DNA of 64,000 nt from Octopus sinensis. Lineage: Eukaryota. The stretch covers positions 45,210,464 to 45,274,463 of the forward strand of contig NC_043011.1 in assembly GCF_006345805.1 (NCBI RefSeq), given 5' to 3'. This document shows, piece by piece, positions 27,416 to 42,421 of the stretch (within the stretch, counting starts at the first letter, position 1; every line of letters begins with the position of its first letter). The notes under the pieces were generated by a model. The model had not been told where the DNA came from. It was given only the letters and a program-made list of their open reading frames with translations, and made no database searches. Made by a program: the position numbers and the translations under genes.

Positions 27416-28736
27416 ATGGGTAATGGTATTATATTTCTTACTCCAATAAATATATGGCTTCGTGGCATTTGAATTATATTCCCCTGGTATGTATATACAT
27501 GTGATCCTGTGTTTATTGCAATTATGTGTCACCTCCATTCAGGATATCTGGTCCTGTGCTTATGACAATCACTATTTGCTATATTTGCAGATCTTTAATT
27601 AAAGTCGAGAAAAATAAATGTCAATATTACACATTATATTGAATAAATGATCATATTACACATTATATTGAATCTTTAATAACAATGTCTGGTCACATTG
27701 TCGACTTCTCATTGTTTTTGTCCAATCATGTCCTCTGGCATGACCACACCGTTACAAATATTGTTATTCTGTCTTTATCTCTAACTTTCTCAGGAATATT
27801 TAACCACTATCTCTCTGTGGTTTACATTTTATATCACCTCTAATTTACCAGTCAATACATTCAGTCACATAACTTTGGTGGTATAGATTATCGTTAAACA
27901 TTATTATTATCATCGTTTTTATTGTTCTATATTTTAGAGATGAGGAATTCTGTACATTATTTACATTGGACAGATATGTGTCCTCATCTTGTTTGTTGTT
28001 ACTACAACACTTCAGCCGATTTACTCTCCAGCCTCCATCAGGTGTCCTGGTGGAATTTTGAACCCAACCCTAAGTTCTCATTCCTAAGGTAATTTTTGCC
28101 AATGTTACTATTATTATTATTATTATTATTTATTCGAGGCCCTGCCTGGAATTGAACTCGGAATCTTGAGGTTTGTAGCCTGCACTCTTAACCATTACAC
28201 TATATGCCTGTGGGCATTTTTATTATTGAGGTGGTCAGCTGGAGCAATTGGTAGTTTGTTGGACAATAGGCTTAGCAACATTTATTCTCTCTTTATGCTC
28301 TGAGTTCAAATTCCACTGAGTTCAGCTTAACCATTCATCCTTTGGGGGCCAATAATATAAGTACCCTTTGAGCACTGGGGTTGATGCACTTGACTAATTG
28401 CCCCTAAATTTGCTGGCTATGTACCAAAATCTGAAATCATTATTATTATTATCATCATCATCATGTTGATCAATATTATCATCATTATTCTTTTACTTCA
28501 GTTATTTGGATATGTCCATGCTGGAGCATCACCTTGAAGGGTTTTAGTTAAACAAATTGACTCCAGGATATATTTCTTAAGCCTAGTACTTATTTCATTG
28601 GTCTCTTTTGCTGCACCCCTATGTTACAGGAATATAAACACACCAACAGCGGTTATCAAGCAGTGATGGAGGACAAACAGAGACCCAAAGAACCACACAT
28701 AGATATGAATGTGTGTGTACATGTATCTGTATGTAT

Positions 28737-28767
<31 letters not shown>

Positions 28768-28789
28768 CACACACACACACAAACACACC

Positions 28790-28824
<35 letters not shown>

Positions 28825-29048
28825 CACACACACAATGAGCCTCTTCAGGTCTTCTATGAAATCCACTCACAAGGTTTTGGTTGGCTCAAGGCTATAAGAG
28901 AAGACAGTTGCCCAAGGTACTAAAGTGGTGGTGAGCTAGCAGAATCCTTTCAGGGTTGATAAATTAAGTACCAGTCAAGTATTGGGTCGATGTGATCAAT
29001 TGTTTCCCACACCATAAAAATCCACACCTTGAGCCTATAGTAGAAAGG

Positions 29049-29090
<42 letters not shown>

Positions 29091-29877
29091 GAGGCAGCTG
29101 GCAGGGTCTTAGCACATTGAGCTAAATCCTTAGCAACTTTTTGTCTGTCTTTCTGCTCTAAGTTCAAATTCTACCAGGGTTGACTTTGCCTTTCATCCTT
29201 TCAGGGTTAATAAATTAAGTACCAGTTGAGTACTGGGGTCAATGTAATCGACTAGTCCTCTCCCCCAAATTCCAGGCCTTATGCCTATTGTAGAAAAGAT
29301 TATTATCATCATTATTATTATCATCATTATTATTATTATTATCATCATCTAGCCAGAAAAGATTAATATAATCCCCCCAACAGTGAGATTAAAGACTCTT
29401 GCTATAAATATATTAGTCGTATTACCCATCATCCCTCACCAGTCACTACCTACCCCACCATGACCCCCATAGCACACTAACTACTCTTCACCCCTTCACC
29501 TATGTGGTGTTAGTGGCGGTGCGGGAGCTGTACCGAAAAGTTTTAAAATACTGTATCCTTCCCCACACACCATTGAATCAACTAAGAAAACATACTATAT
29601 ACACAAACATTATTTACACACGTTACATACACCTTGCAAACATATGCTGCACACACACACACACACACATTTTCTTTGTAGAATGTATGTGAAATTTTTA
29701 TTTCAGTTTCAGTTTCATTTCTTTGCCATTTGAAAATCAAAGAGACTTCATTATGCCACAGACCTAATTATTAATTATTCATCATTAATTACATGCTCCA
29801 AATGAATAATACTTTGTTTAGATGACTTAAGATGTTCTTTGGGCATGTGAAGTGTAACTAGGTACTCCCTCCTCATA

Positions 29878-29917
<40 letters not shown>

Positions 29918-31525
29918 TTATAGACATACTATGTGTGTTACTGTTATTCTCCGAGTCCTGTTTACTGTTTATACTTTGTACTATCGTTACTGTCCTGTTT
30001 TTGTTACCATTTTTACCCCTCCGCAAAAAAATCTCAAATTTTATTTAATTTGATTTTCGCGGGAAAGAAAGTTTTATTGAAGTCATGTATCACCTTGACC
30101 TTTGAAACGTGGAGTAGATGAAACTAAAGCGACTGAAGAAGGGGAATTTTCCTTGTTTTGTATGTCCTGTACTCTATTTTTTCGTTGTTTAAAAGAAATG
30201 TCCATTTCCTTGGTTTTGTGTTTATGTTTTCGTTTCTCATTGTGTTCGACGTTTTTTTGGTGTCCTGTACCCATATATGCATGTATATATACATGTAGAG
30301 GTAGGTACGTACATATATGTATGTATATATGCATATGTTTTATTTATTAATTTATTATATGATGGAATGCACGCATCCACTTCTAAGTAAGATTGTTCTT
30401 AATCGAAATTGAACCAATCCTATGACTGGCACCCGGCAGATGCCAGGACCCCTGGATTGGAGATACGTAAAAAACACTATCCGAATCGTGGCCGATGCCA
30501 GCGCCGCCTCGACTGGCTTCCGTGACGGTGGCACGTAAAAAGCACCATCCGAATCGTGGCCGAAGCCAGTGCCACCTCGACTGGCTTCCGTGCAGGTGGC
30601 ACGTAAAATGCACCAATCCGACCGTGGCCGATGCCAGCCTCACCTGGCACCAGTGCAGGTGGCACGTAAAAAGCACCCACTACACTCACGGAGTGGTTGG
30701 CATTAGGAAGGACATCCAGCTGTAGAAACATTGCCAGATAAGACCGGAGCCTGGTGCAGCCTTCTGGCTTCCCAGATCCCCGGTCGAACCATCCAACCCA
30801 TGCTAGCATGGAGAACGGACGTTAAACGATGATGATGATGATGATGATATATATATATATGCACACACACACACTGTATGCACACATAGAGTATACATAT
30901 ATGTATGTCTTTTATCTTTTGCTTGCTTCATTCATTAGACTGTGGCCATGCTGGGATGTTAGAGACGTGAGAGTGAAGGGTGAGAGGAGGTGAGGGTAAG
31001 TGAATGATGCGGTGAAATGGTGGCAACTGTATACCAATCACCTGGATAGGACACCAGCCAATCAACAGTAATACTCATCACCAGCTACCTAGTTTACACC
31101 ATGCTGTGATGGTGGTAGTAGTATTAGTTGTATTAGTAGTGGTGGTGGTAGTGGTGGTGGTGGTGGTAGTAGTAGTGGTGGTCATTGTTATGGTGGTGTT
31201 TGTGATTGTTATGGTATTGGTTGTGGTGGCAGTGGTAGTGGTTTTAGTAGTAGTGGTGGTGGTTGCATTGGTAATGGTGGCGGTTGTTCTGGTTGTAGTG
31301 GCTGAGTGTTGTGGTTATTGTTGCAACGGATATGTGATGGTGTTAGCTGTGGTTGGAGTGGTTGTTGTAACGGTGACTGCGATTGTGATGGTTAATGTAG
31401 CGGTTGTCATGGTAGGAGTGGTATTTCTGGTTGCAATGATGGTTGTAGTTGTGATGATGGATTTCCTAACTGCAGCAGCAACAGCAGCAGTGGTGCTGGT
31501 GCCTGTAGTAGTAGTAGTAGTAGTG

Positions 31526-31565
<40 letters not shown>

Positions 31566-32943
31566 AAGCAGCAGCAGCAGCAGTAGTTGTTGTTGTTGTA
31601 GTAAGCTCATGCCAAAAAGTGTTTTAATAATTTGGCAAGGTAAACTTATGGTCAACAGAGCAATGCTGTGTGTCAGGTAGTTTGTGTGTGATTGTGTATG
31701 TGTGTGTGAGTGCGTATGTATTTGTGTGTGTGTGTGTGTGTATTTGTGTGAGTGTGTGCATCCCTTTGTGTGTGTGTGTGTAGTGTATATATGTAGTGTG
31801 GTAGGAGTGTGTGAATGAATTTGTGTGTTTATGTAATGTATGAATGTGTGGTATAGATATGTACTGTGTGCGTGTGTGTATTTTTGTGTGCATGCATGCA
31901 TGCATGTCTGTGTGTGTCTGTGTATTTGGATGTGTGTTTGTAATATAGATATTGAGTGTGTAGTGTGTGCATATGAGCAGGTTTGCAATCTGTACATATG
32001 TGTATATATGTGAGATATTGCAAAATGGTGTAATATAGCATAGCCATAAACAGTAATATTATATACAACATCATCATCATCATCACTGTTTAATGTCTGC
32101 TTTCCATGCTAGCATGGGTTGGACAATTTGACTGAGGACTGGCGAACCAGATGGCTGCACCAGGCTCCAATCTGATCTGGCAGAGTTTCTACTGCTGGAT
32201 GCCCTTCCTAACACCAACCACTCCGAGAGTGTTGTGGGTGCTTTTATGTGCCACCGGAACAAGGGCCAGTGAGGCGGTACTGGCAACAGCCACGCTCAAA
32301 TGGTGTTTTTATGTGTCACCTGCACAGGAGCCAGTCCAGTGGCACTGGCAACGACCTCACTCGAATGTTGTTTTTCACGTACCAACGGCACAAGTGCCAG
32401 CAAGGCAATGCTGGTAATGATCATTGTGCTTTTTATGTGCCACTGGCATGGGGGCCAGTCAGCGGCCCTATTATCAATATGTGCTATATATACCAATATT
32501 CATGAAGGCACATGGCTTAGTGATTAAGGCATTCAGCCCACAATTGTAAGGTTATGAGTTCAAGACACTTTATTTCACACTGCTCCAGTCCACTCAGCTT
32601 GCAAAAATGAGTAGTATCTGTATTTCAAAGGGTCAGTCTTGTCATACTCTGTCATGCTGAATCTCCCCGAGAACTATGTTAAGGGTTCACATGTCTGTAG
32701 AGTGCTCAACCGCTTGCACATTTTCATGATCAAACTGTTCCGTTTGATCATGAAATCAGCTGGGACCCTCATTGTTGTAACCAATGAAGTGCTCCTATAC
32801 CAATATTATAGTGTATTGTTATATATGTATCGTATACTGTAATATTATAGTATAGAGTTATATGTATATTATATACAGTAGTGGTGTAGTGTAGGATTAT
32901 ATATATATGTGTATATATACACTAGTGATTTACAGTGCAGTGT

Positions 32944-32980
<37 letters not shown>

Positions 32981-33708
32981 TATATATTGTGGCACTCCGT
33001 CGGTTACAAGGACGAGGGTTGCAGTTGATCTGATCAACAGAACAGCCTGCTTGTGAAATTAACGTGCAAGTGGCTGAGCGCTCTACAGACAAGTGTACCC
33101 TTAACGCAGTTCTCGAGGAGATTCAGCATGACACAGAGTGTGACAGGGCTAGCCCCCTTTGAAATACAGGTACAACAGAAACAGGAAGAAAGAGTGAGAG
33201 AAAGTTGTGGTGGAAGAGCACAACAAAGTTCGCCACCACGACCTACAGGAGCCTTGTGGAGTTTTAGGTGCTTTCGCTCAGTAAACACTCACAACGCCTG
33301 GTCTGGGAATCGAAACTGCGATCCTATAACCGTGAGTCCGCTGCCCTTACCACTGGGCCATTGCACCTCCATGGTGTTATATATACTTGTGTTATAGAGT
33401 AGTGTTATATGCAGCCACACTGGCTACCTGGTAAAATCATTATTGACTTTACCGTTTTTTATTATTAAAATAATATTATATATATTTTCTTTTCTACTCT
33501 TGGCACAAGGCCCAAAATTTCTGGGGAGGGGCCCAGTCGACTAGATTGACCTCAGTATACAACTGGTACTTAATTTATCAACCCTTAAAATATGAAAGGC
33601 AAAATTGACCTCAGTGGAATTTGAACTCAGAACATAAAGACAGGTGTAATACCGTTAAGCATTTTGCCTGGTGTGTTAACCATTCTGCCAGCTTGTTGCC
33701 TTAATGTC

Positions 33709-33739
<31 letters not shown>

Positions 33740-33759
33740 TATATATATATATATAATAT

Positions 33760-33790
<31 letters not shown>

Positions 33791-33792
33791 CA

Positions 33793-33825
<33 letters not shown>

Positions 33826-33963
33826 CCACACACACACACACACACACATAAATATATATATACACACACACACCATATATATATATATATACACACACAT
33901 ATATATATATATAATATATATATATATATTATATATACACACACACACACACACACATATATA

Positions 33964-34004
<41 letters not shown>

Positions 34005-34036
34005 CACACACACATATATAATATATATACACACAC

Positions 34037-34134
<98 letters not shown>

Positions 34135-36741
34135 TATATACATATACATACATACATACATATATATATTATATAGAATAGTGCTATATAAGCTGTATTG
34201 TGTGTAGTGTTGTAAATACTCATGGCTTAGTGGTTAGAGTACTCGGCTCATGACCATAAGATTGTGTTTTCAATTCCTGGTGACATGTGTTCTTGAGCAA
34301 GCCACTTTATTTCACATTGTTCCACTTCACTCAGCTGGCAAAAATTAGTAGTACCTATATTTCAAAGGGCCAGCCTTGTCACATTCTGTGTCACACTGAA
34401 TCTCCCTGAGAAGTATGTCCAGGTGTTTACAAGTCTGTGGAGTGCTCAGCCACTTGTACGTTAATTTCATTAGCTGGTTGTATCGTTGATCGGATCAACT
34501 GGAACTCTCATCATCATAACCGGCAGAGTGTCAGTGTAGTGTTATACACCATTGTGGTATAAGTAAACATGTGAGTGTTGATGATGATGATGATGATGCG
34601 TGTTATATTCTAGTGTTACATATATGTAAAAAAATTCCTGCTATATATCATAAGTACAATACATCAAGGTGCTACAAATCTTAATTTAGAGGTAGGAACC
34701 ATTTTTAACAGAGATGCTATTGAATATTGGAGTTATTCAGTTACATTGACCAGTTACATTGCTAATGACTAGTTCCTTTAATGGTTAATTAATTAATTAT
34801 ATGACAGTGTGTACATAGTGCCATTACAGAATAGAATTAATAAACTGTATTATGTGTTCCTTTAATAGTTAATTAGTAATTTGTGTTGGAGTGTGTACAT
34901 AATATTATTGTAGTTATTAGGGGAAATAAACTTTAATAATTCATTACTTGGATTATATATAATAGAGGGTATATATGGTGTATATGTGTGTTTTATGTTT
35001 ATCTGTACTGATAAACATGGTATTGTTTGGGTGATGTAATGATGCTGTACTTGGGATGGTGTTGTAGCAATGCTGTTAGGATAGCGTTATGGTTGCATCT
35101 GGTCCAAGTTAGAGGAGAGAGAGAGAGTATTGCTAGATATGTCTGTGTGTTTGTTTGTCTAGAAATCGTATTGATTCTTTGGACATGCTATCGATATGTC
35201 TGTGTATGTTTATCGCGATGACTCAGTATCAAAGCTAATAAAAACTAGATTAAACTGTAATATCAACCCCAAATATATTGGGATTAATTGATGATATTGA
35301 CTGATATTGGTTTCACATTTTGGCACAAGGCCAGCAAGTTTAGGGGGGGGGGGGGTAAGTTGATTACATCGACCCCCAGTGCTCAACTGGTACTTATCTT
35401 ATCAAGGCAGTGAGCTGGCAGAATCGTTAGCACACTGGATGAAATTTTGCCCAACGCTACATTCTGAGTTCAAATTCTGCCAAGGTCGACTTTGCCTTTC
35501 ATCCTTTCGGAGGTCGATAAATTAAGTACCAGTTGTGTACTGGGGTCGATCTAACCGACTGGCCCCCTCCCACCAAATTTCAGGCCTTGAGCCTATCATA
35601 AAAAGGACTTATCTTATCAACCCCGAAAGGATGAAAGTTAAAGTTGACCTCAGCCGAAACTGAATTCAGAATATTTTAAATTTTTTTATTTTATTTAGTT
35701 TTAGCTCACAAGCTGTGGCCATGCTGGGGCACCGCCATTTATAAAGCTAGCAGACAGACAAAACATATTGGCTGATATTAGCTCTTCTATATCAAAGGGT
35801 TCTATACCAAACATTTCCCTCTTCAACTTCTGCACTACTCACCAATTTATTTCACATTTGCACTGTCTGTCCTCACTAATTGCCAACACAGTCCATCGCT
35901 AGTTTCCGCTTATTCAACTGTTTACAGAATGACTGCGGCTTTACTCTGCATAGTTTTGTTGCTCAACGGTTTGTCTTTCATGTCTCTAAGGTCAATGAAC
36001 TACGTTTGAGATCAATGTTAATGGCTTATGTCTGCTACCATCCCCTTCCTCAGACACACGGTCAAATTTCTGGCTGTATCCCAATGCGGGAAATCTATAT
36101 TATTAGCTCAGACATAGCTGCTATTGTTGATGTTTAGCCCTTGGTCAGCCTTAACTGAGCAGATCTCTTATCAAAGGTATTCTAGCCATGAGAATCCCTT
36201 TAAAAGAATTGGTAGAGCATCAAATAAAATACAAAATGCCTTGTGGTATTTATATATGTCCCTTTTACATTCTGACTTCAAATCTTGCAGTGATTTAATT
36301 TACCATTCACTTATAGCTGTGTGGTTAAGAAATTTTCCTGGCAATTCAGGGATTTCAAGTTCAATTCCACTCAGTGACACCTTGTACAAGTGTCTTCTAC
36401 CAAAGTCTTGCAAATGAAATTTGGTTGAACAAAACTTGATTGAAAGCCCATAAAGAGGGACCATTTCTATTTTTGAATGGTAAACTTAATCCTTCATTCT
36501 GGTTTAGCACCTCCACTAAACCCTTTATTACAGTGAGCTAGCAGAATCATTAACATGTCTGACAGGAATGCTTTGTGCCATTACTTCCAACCCTTTGTGT
36601 TCTGAGCCCCAACTCTAGATGAGACCAGCTTTGCCTTCCATCCTTTCAGAGTTGTTAAAATAAGTACTAGTCATGCACTGGGGTCAATGTAATCAACTTG
36701 TCCGCTTCTTCGAAATTGCAAGCCTTGTGCCAAAATTTGAA

Positions 36742-36800
<59 letters not shown>

Positions 36801-39800
36801 CATCATTACTGTGCAAACATGTGCCATCCCAACCAGGACTATTCGCAACAACCTCCACCTCATGTGCTACATCATAGAGAGGGTAGGTAATGAAGCTGGC
36901 ATGGATGGGACTCTGATCAGTTTAGATCAGTCTAAAGCCTTTGATAGGGTTGACCATCAATACTTGGCAGCTGTTCTCATGGCAGCCAGTTTCGGTCTGG
37001 TACCAGTTGAATATTAGGGTTGATATAATTGACTAACCCCTTCCCTGCGAATATCAGGTCTTGTCCCTGTAGAATAAAAAAATGTATTCATATATCATAT
37101 ATCTACTATACTAAATATATCTGTCACCTCATTTCTCCCCTGTGTTATCTTTTCACCTCATTTTATGTAACCCCAAAAACACAAATTGTAATCTATCTTT
37201 GTAATATCCCCTTCATCTGTCACCCCTGTGGCAAATAAATCATCATCATCATTATCAACATCACTATTATTATTGTTGTTGATGTTGTTGTTGTTATTGC
37301 AAGCACCTCGTCCCTATTTAAATATTTATTAACCTACAGAAGCAAGCAGTTGGTATGTGTTATCAAATAGCTTATCAAAAATATCTGCCATATATCACAC
37401 ACACCTCTCCCCATTGATGTTATCACAGAATTTTGAGATATTTCTAAAAAATATATTTAGGTTTTTGTTTTAAATTATTTGTCATTCATTACTCCAACAA
37501 AGAAGGGGCAGCGCCCATCGCATGCTTCTTTTAATTTTATTTACTTATTTAATTTAATTTAATTTAATTTTTTTGTTGGATGCTTCTCTTTGATTGCGAA
37601 ATGTCGTTCTGTGGGAGAAATGAGGGGGAAGTGAAGGGGAAGTATGGTATCTTGGAATGTAGGGATCACAGTGGGGGAGCAACAAGTGCAGAATTGATTG
37701 GATGGCAAGATGATGTAGAGTATAGATGGTGGTAGGGTGTAGACAACAGTGAAATAGTAGAGTAGGTAGTAAATGATGGTGATGGTGGGAAGATGGTGGT
37801 GAGGGTGGCAATGACCTGGGTGTTGTTCTTTAACCCTTTAGTACTTAAACCAGCTATATCTGGTCAAAATGTTTTATTTTGTTTTATATTCAAACTGGTC
37901 AGATGTCATTCTAAAAATAAACACTCTCACATCATTAAAATCTCAAAGCTGCAAGATTGTGCACGATCAATTCAAAAGAATGGGAATAAATAAATATTAC
38001 ATTTGACTGAATAAATTGAATGCTAATCAGTTAATTCCTAGTCTGTGCTGATCATTGATCAAAAACATTCCAACCATGACCATCACATCCAGTTCTTTTT
38101 TTTTTTTTTTTAATTTTCCTAGGTTGTGTACATCCTAAACCACATGATTTGAAGCAGATTTTGGGGGTACTAGTTTAGCATTCTGTCTTCCATAGTATCC
38201 ATAGTCTACACTGTAAAATAACCTGATCAGTCTAATAACCACAGGTTATTGAATGACCATGGTTTGATGCTAGCACAAGGATTTTAAAGAAAATTAGAGA
38301 GGCACAGGAGTGGCTGTGTGGTCAGTAGCTTGCTTACCAGCCACATGGTTCTGGGTTCAGTCCCACTGCGTGGCACCTCGGGCAAGTGTCTTCTACTATA
38401 GCCTCGGGCCGACCAAAGCCTTGTGAGTGAATTTGGTAGATGGAAACTGAAAGAAGCCTGTCGTATATATGTATATATGTGTGTGTTTGTGTGTCGGTGT
38501 TTGTTCCGCCCAACATCGCTTGACAACCGATGGTGGTGTGTTTATGTCCCCGTAACTTAGCAGTTCAGCAAAAGAGACCAATACAATAAGTACTAGACTT
38601 ACAAAGAATAAGTCCGGGGTCGATTTGCTCGACTAAAGGCAGTGCTTCAGCATGGCCACAGTCAAATGACTGAAACAAGTAAAAGAGTAAAAAGTAGTGT
38701 CGATAGACATCACACTGAAGTGTAAATGGTCAAGTTGACAGCAAACTAAAGTGTTACCGTTTTGATTTGCTATTTCTAATGTTTTGAACCAGCTAAGGAC
38801 TGAGGATTTGGCAAATGCAGACATAGTCAGTATTTCTCACTTTTAATATTTTCTTCAGATTTAAGGTGATAATCTGGCAGAATTGTTAGCACCCCGGGCA
38901 AAATGCTCAGTGGCATTTTTTTGTTCATCTTTATGTGCTGAGTTCAAATTCAATGGAAGTCAACCTTGCCTTTCATCCATCCAGAGTCAATAAAATAAGC
39001 ACCAGCTGAGAACTGAAGGTGGTGTAATTGGCTTATCCCCTCCCCCAAAATTGCTGGCCTTGTGCCAAAATTTGAAACCAATATTTTCTTCAGATTCAAG
39101 GTGGCGAGCTGGCAGAATTGTTTGCACCCCAGGCAAAATGCTCAGCAGTGTTTTGCTGTCTTTACATACATTCCGAGTTCAAATTCCACCGAGGTCAACT
39201 TTGCCTTTCATCCTTTTGGTGGGGGTCAATGAAATTGACTGGCTCCCTCCTCCTAAATTGCTGGCCTTGTGTAAAACATCTGAAGCCAATATTTTCTTCA
39301 GATTTATTTTACGAAATATCAAAATTTCTATCTCACCACTGTGACCTGACCCCTGACACAGTTCTGTAGTGTCAATGACCAGGTCACAGCTGTATGATGT
39401 ACATTTTGACATTTCAAGAAATAAATGGTTTCTGCTTCAGGAACAGCCAGTAATTTTGAGGAGAGCAGAGATTAGTCAATAATATCAACTCCAATACTGG
39501 ACTGGTACTTTGTTTTATCAACCCAGAACGGATGAAATGCAAAGTCAACCCCAGCAGGATTTGAACTCAGAATGTAAGGAGCTGGAATAAATATCATTTT
39601 AAAAAATAAATAGAAAGTAAATTTTAAGTTATTTTTTTTTTTGTTGTTTTGATACTTTACTCTTGTTCCCTTCTTATCTACCCTTTTAAACTACATTCTT
39701 GTATCTTTAGGGTATGCCCTGACATCTCATCTCCACCATTCTTTCTTTCTTTCCTGTTGGGGTTGCCATGTATCTCCTCTTCAACAAGACACCTGTTTGT

Positions 39801-42386
39801 GTCCCCTTGTCATATTTTAGCCCCTCAACACGTGGCACCAAGTCATCTTTCTCAAAATTATGCCTGCCTCAAGCATATCTTGTGAGCTGATTTGTGAATT
39901 TTACTGAAAATTGCCTTTAAAATCTGCTCCCAGCACACTCTGTAAAGTGGTTGGCATTAGGACGGGTATCCAGCAGTGCCAAACTAGGCACTGGAGGTTA
40001 ACACAATCCTGTGGCTCATCCGATACTATTAATCAAACCATCCAACCCAAGCAAACATAATACACAGACATTAAATGGTGATGGTGGTGGCAGTGGCAAC
40101 AATGGTGGCACTGATGCAGCAGTAGTAGTAGTAGTAGTAGTAGTAGTTGTAGTAGTAGTAGTATAACTACTACATTCTTTTCAGGACTGGTACCTTACTT
40201 TACCAACCTCAGAGGAATAAAAAGCAATGCCGACCTTGGCAGAATTTGAACTCAGAATGTAAAGAACTAGAACAGATGCTGCAAAGCATCTTGTCCTGTG
40301 CGCTAATGATTCAGCCAGTCCACTGCTGTTAATTGTTTCTGATTTAGACACAAGGTGTGCAGATTTGAGGGGAGGGGCTTAGTTTATACAGAATACAGTA
40401 ATCTCTTGACTATCGCAGGTATTTTGTTCCACCCTGTCACCTCACCGGCATGATCGGTAAAAATCTCTCTTTACTCTTTTACCTGTTTCAATCATTTGAC
40501 TGCGGCCATGCTGGAGCACTGCCTTTAGTCGAGCAAATCGACCCCGGGACTTATTCTTTGTAAGCCCAGTACTTATTCTATCGGTCTCTTTTGCCGAACA
40601 CCAGCATCGGTTGTCAAGCAATGCTAGGGAGACAAACACAGACACACAAACACACACACACACATACATATACATATATATACGACAGGCTTCTTTCAGT
40701 TTCCGTCTACCAAATCCACTCACAAGGCATTGGTCGGCCCGGGGCTATAGCAGAAGACGCTTGCCCAAGATGCCACGCAGTGGGACTGAACCAAGAACCA
40801 TGTGGTTGGTTAGCAAACTACTTACCACACAGCCACTCCTGCGAATATTTTTGTAATTTGTATATATTTATTTTATTCTAAATGTAAAACACCACCTTGG
40901 AGGAATCGACAAAAGCTTTAATAATAAACCGCGATATGGCGAGGTATTTCTGTAATAAATAATTAAACCAAAACATCATCATCATCATTCCTTTTACGTC
41001 TGTTTTTCCATTATGCATGGGTTAGAAAAACATCTGGAGTTCACATACAAAGAATCAAATCTGGGCAACCTTGGTGGATATAAATGTGTGGTGTTTGTAT
41101 ACCCACATACATTGACTCACACACTCATATATACACACACTCATATATATATATATATATATATGTCGTCATGGCACTCCAACAGTGAAGATGATGAGGG
41201 TTCCAGTTGATCTGATCAACAGAACAGCCAGCTCATAAAATTAACGTGCAAGTGGCTGAGCACTCTACAGACACGTGTACCCTGAATGTAGTTCTTGGGG
41301 GCGAATCAGTGTGACACAGAATGTGACAAGTCTGGCCCTTCGAAATACAGGTACAACAGAAATAGGAAGAAAGAGTGAGAGAAAGTTGTGGTGAAAAAGT
41401 ACTGTAGGGTGCACCGCCACCCCACTGCCAGAGCCTCGTGAAGCTTTAGGTGTTTTCGCCCAATAAACACTGACAATGCCTGGACTGGGAATCAAAACTG
41501 TGATCCCATGACCGTGAGTCCGCTGCCCTAACCACTGGGCCATTGCACCTCCACTATATATATATATATAAGTGCCTGACCGTACCACTTAAAAGTACCG
41601 AGCACACTCTATAAAGTGCAGCCCACCGGCATGGGCAACAGACATTAAATGATGATGATGATGATGTATACACACACACACACAGACACACACATGCTTA
41701 TGTATACTAGAGAATCTGAAATGTACAAAGTTCCTAATTTGTTATAATTATAGTTAAACAATAATTAGACATGCCTGACGTGTGTATTATAGCGAGTGGT
41801 GAGTGTGTGTGTGTGTGTATGGAGTGGGGTATATTATTGCGGAGAGAAGGATTGGCAGATTGAATTTCAGAGGTTCCTGTTACATTCACTGCTCTTCAAA
41901 GGTCAGGGCACATATATACACACATCCACACACGCATGTGTGCACACGCATGTACATCTACGCACATGCACATGTCTAAACGAATACATCTGTATACATT
42001 CACTTTCGATTCATGCATGTGTCCCACATGACAAATAGTTTAGACCTTCAGTTCACAACCCTGAGGTTCTGAGTTCAATCTTACTACATGGCACTGAGGG
42101 CAAATGTCATTTTCTATAGACTCAGAATAATCCATGACTCGTATGTCAAACTGGGTAAATGGAAAATGTATAGAAGCCTACTGAGTGGAACTCTGTATCT
42201 GTAATCCAAAGATAGGTTTGTCATACACATTGTGTCATGCTGTTTCTGTTTCAGAATCATATTAAGGGAACATCTGTCTGTGGAATACTCAGCCACTTAT
42301 ATTCTAATTCAGGAGTAGGTAATTCAATAGATTAACCAACTGAATCATCATGTCAAACGATGGAAATCCATTAGCGCTCTGTGTGT

Positions 42387-42421
<35 letters not shown>

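Noticed and set aside
31106-31997. Poly-Val and poly-Leu ORFs resembling membrane proteins
   Set aside because: Trinucleotide repeat array with no splice-compatible or family support.
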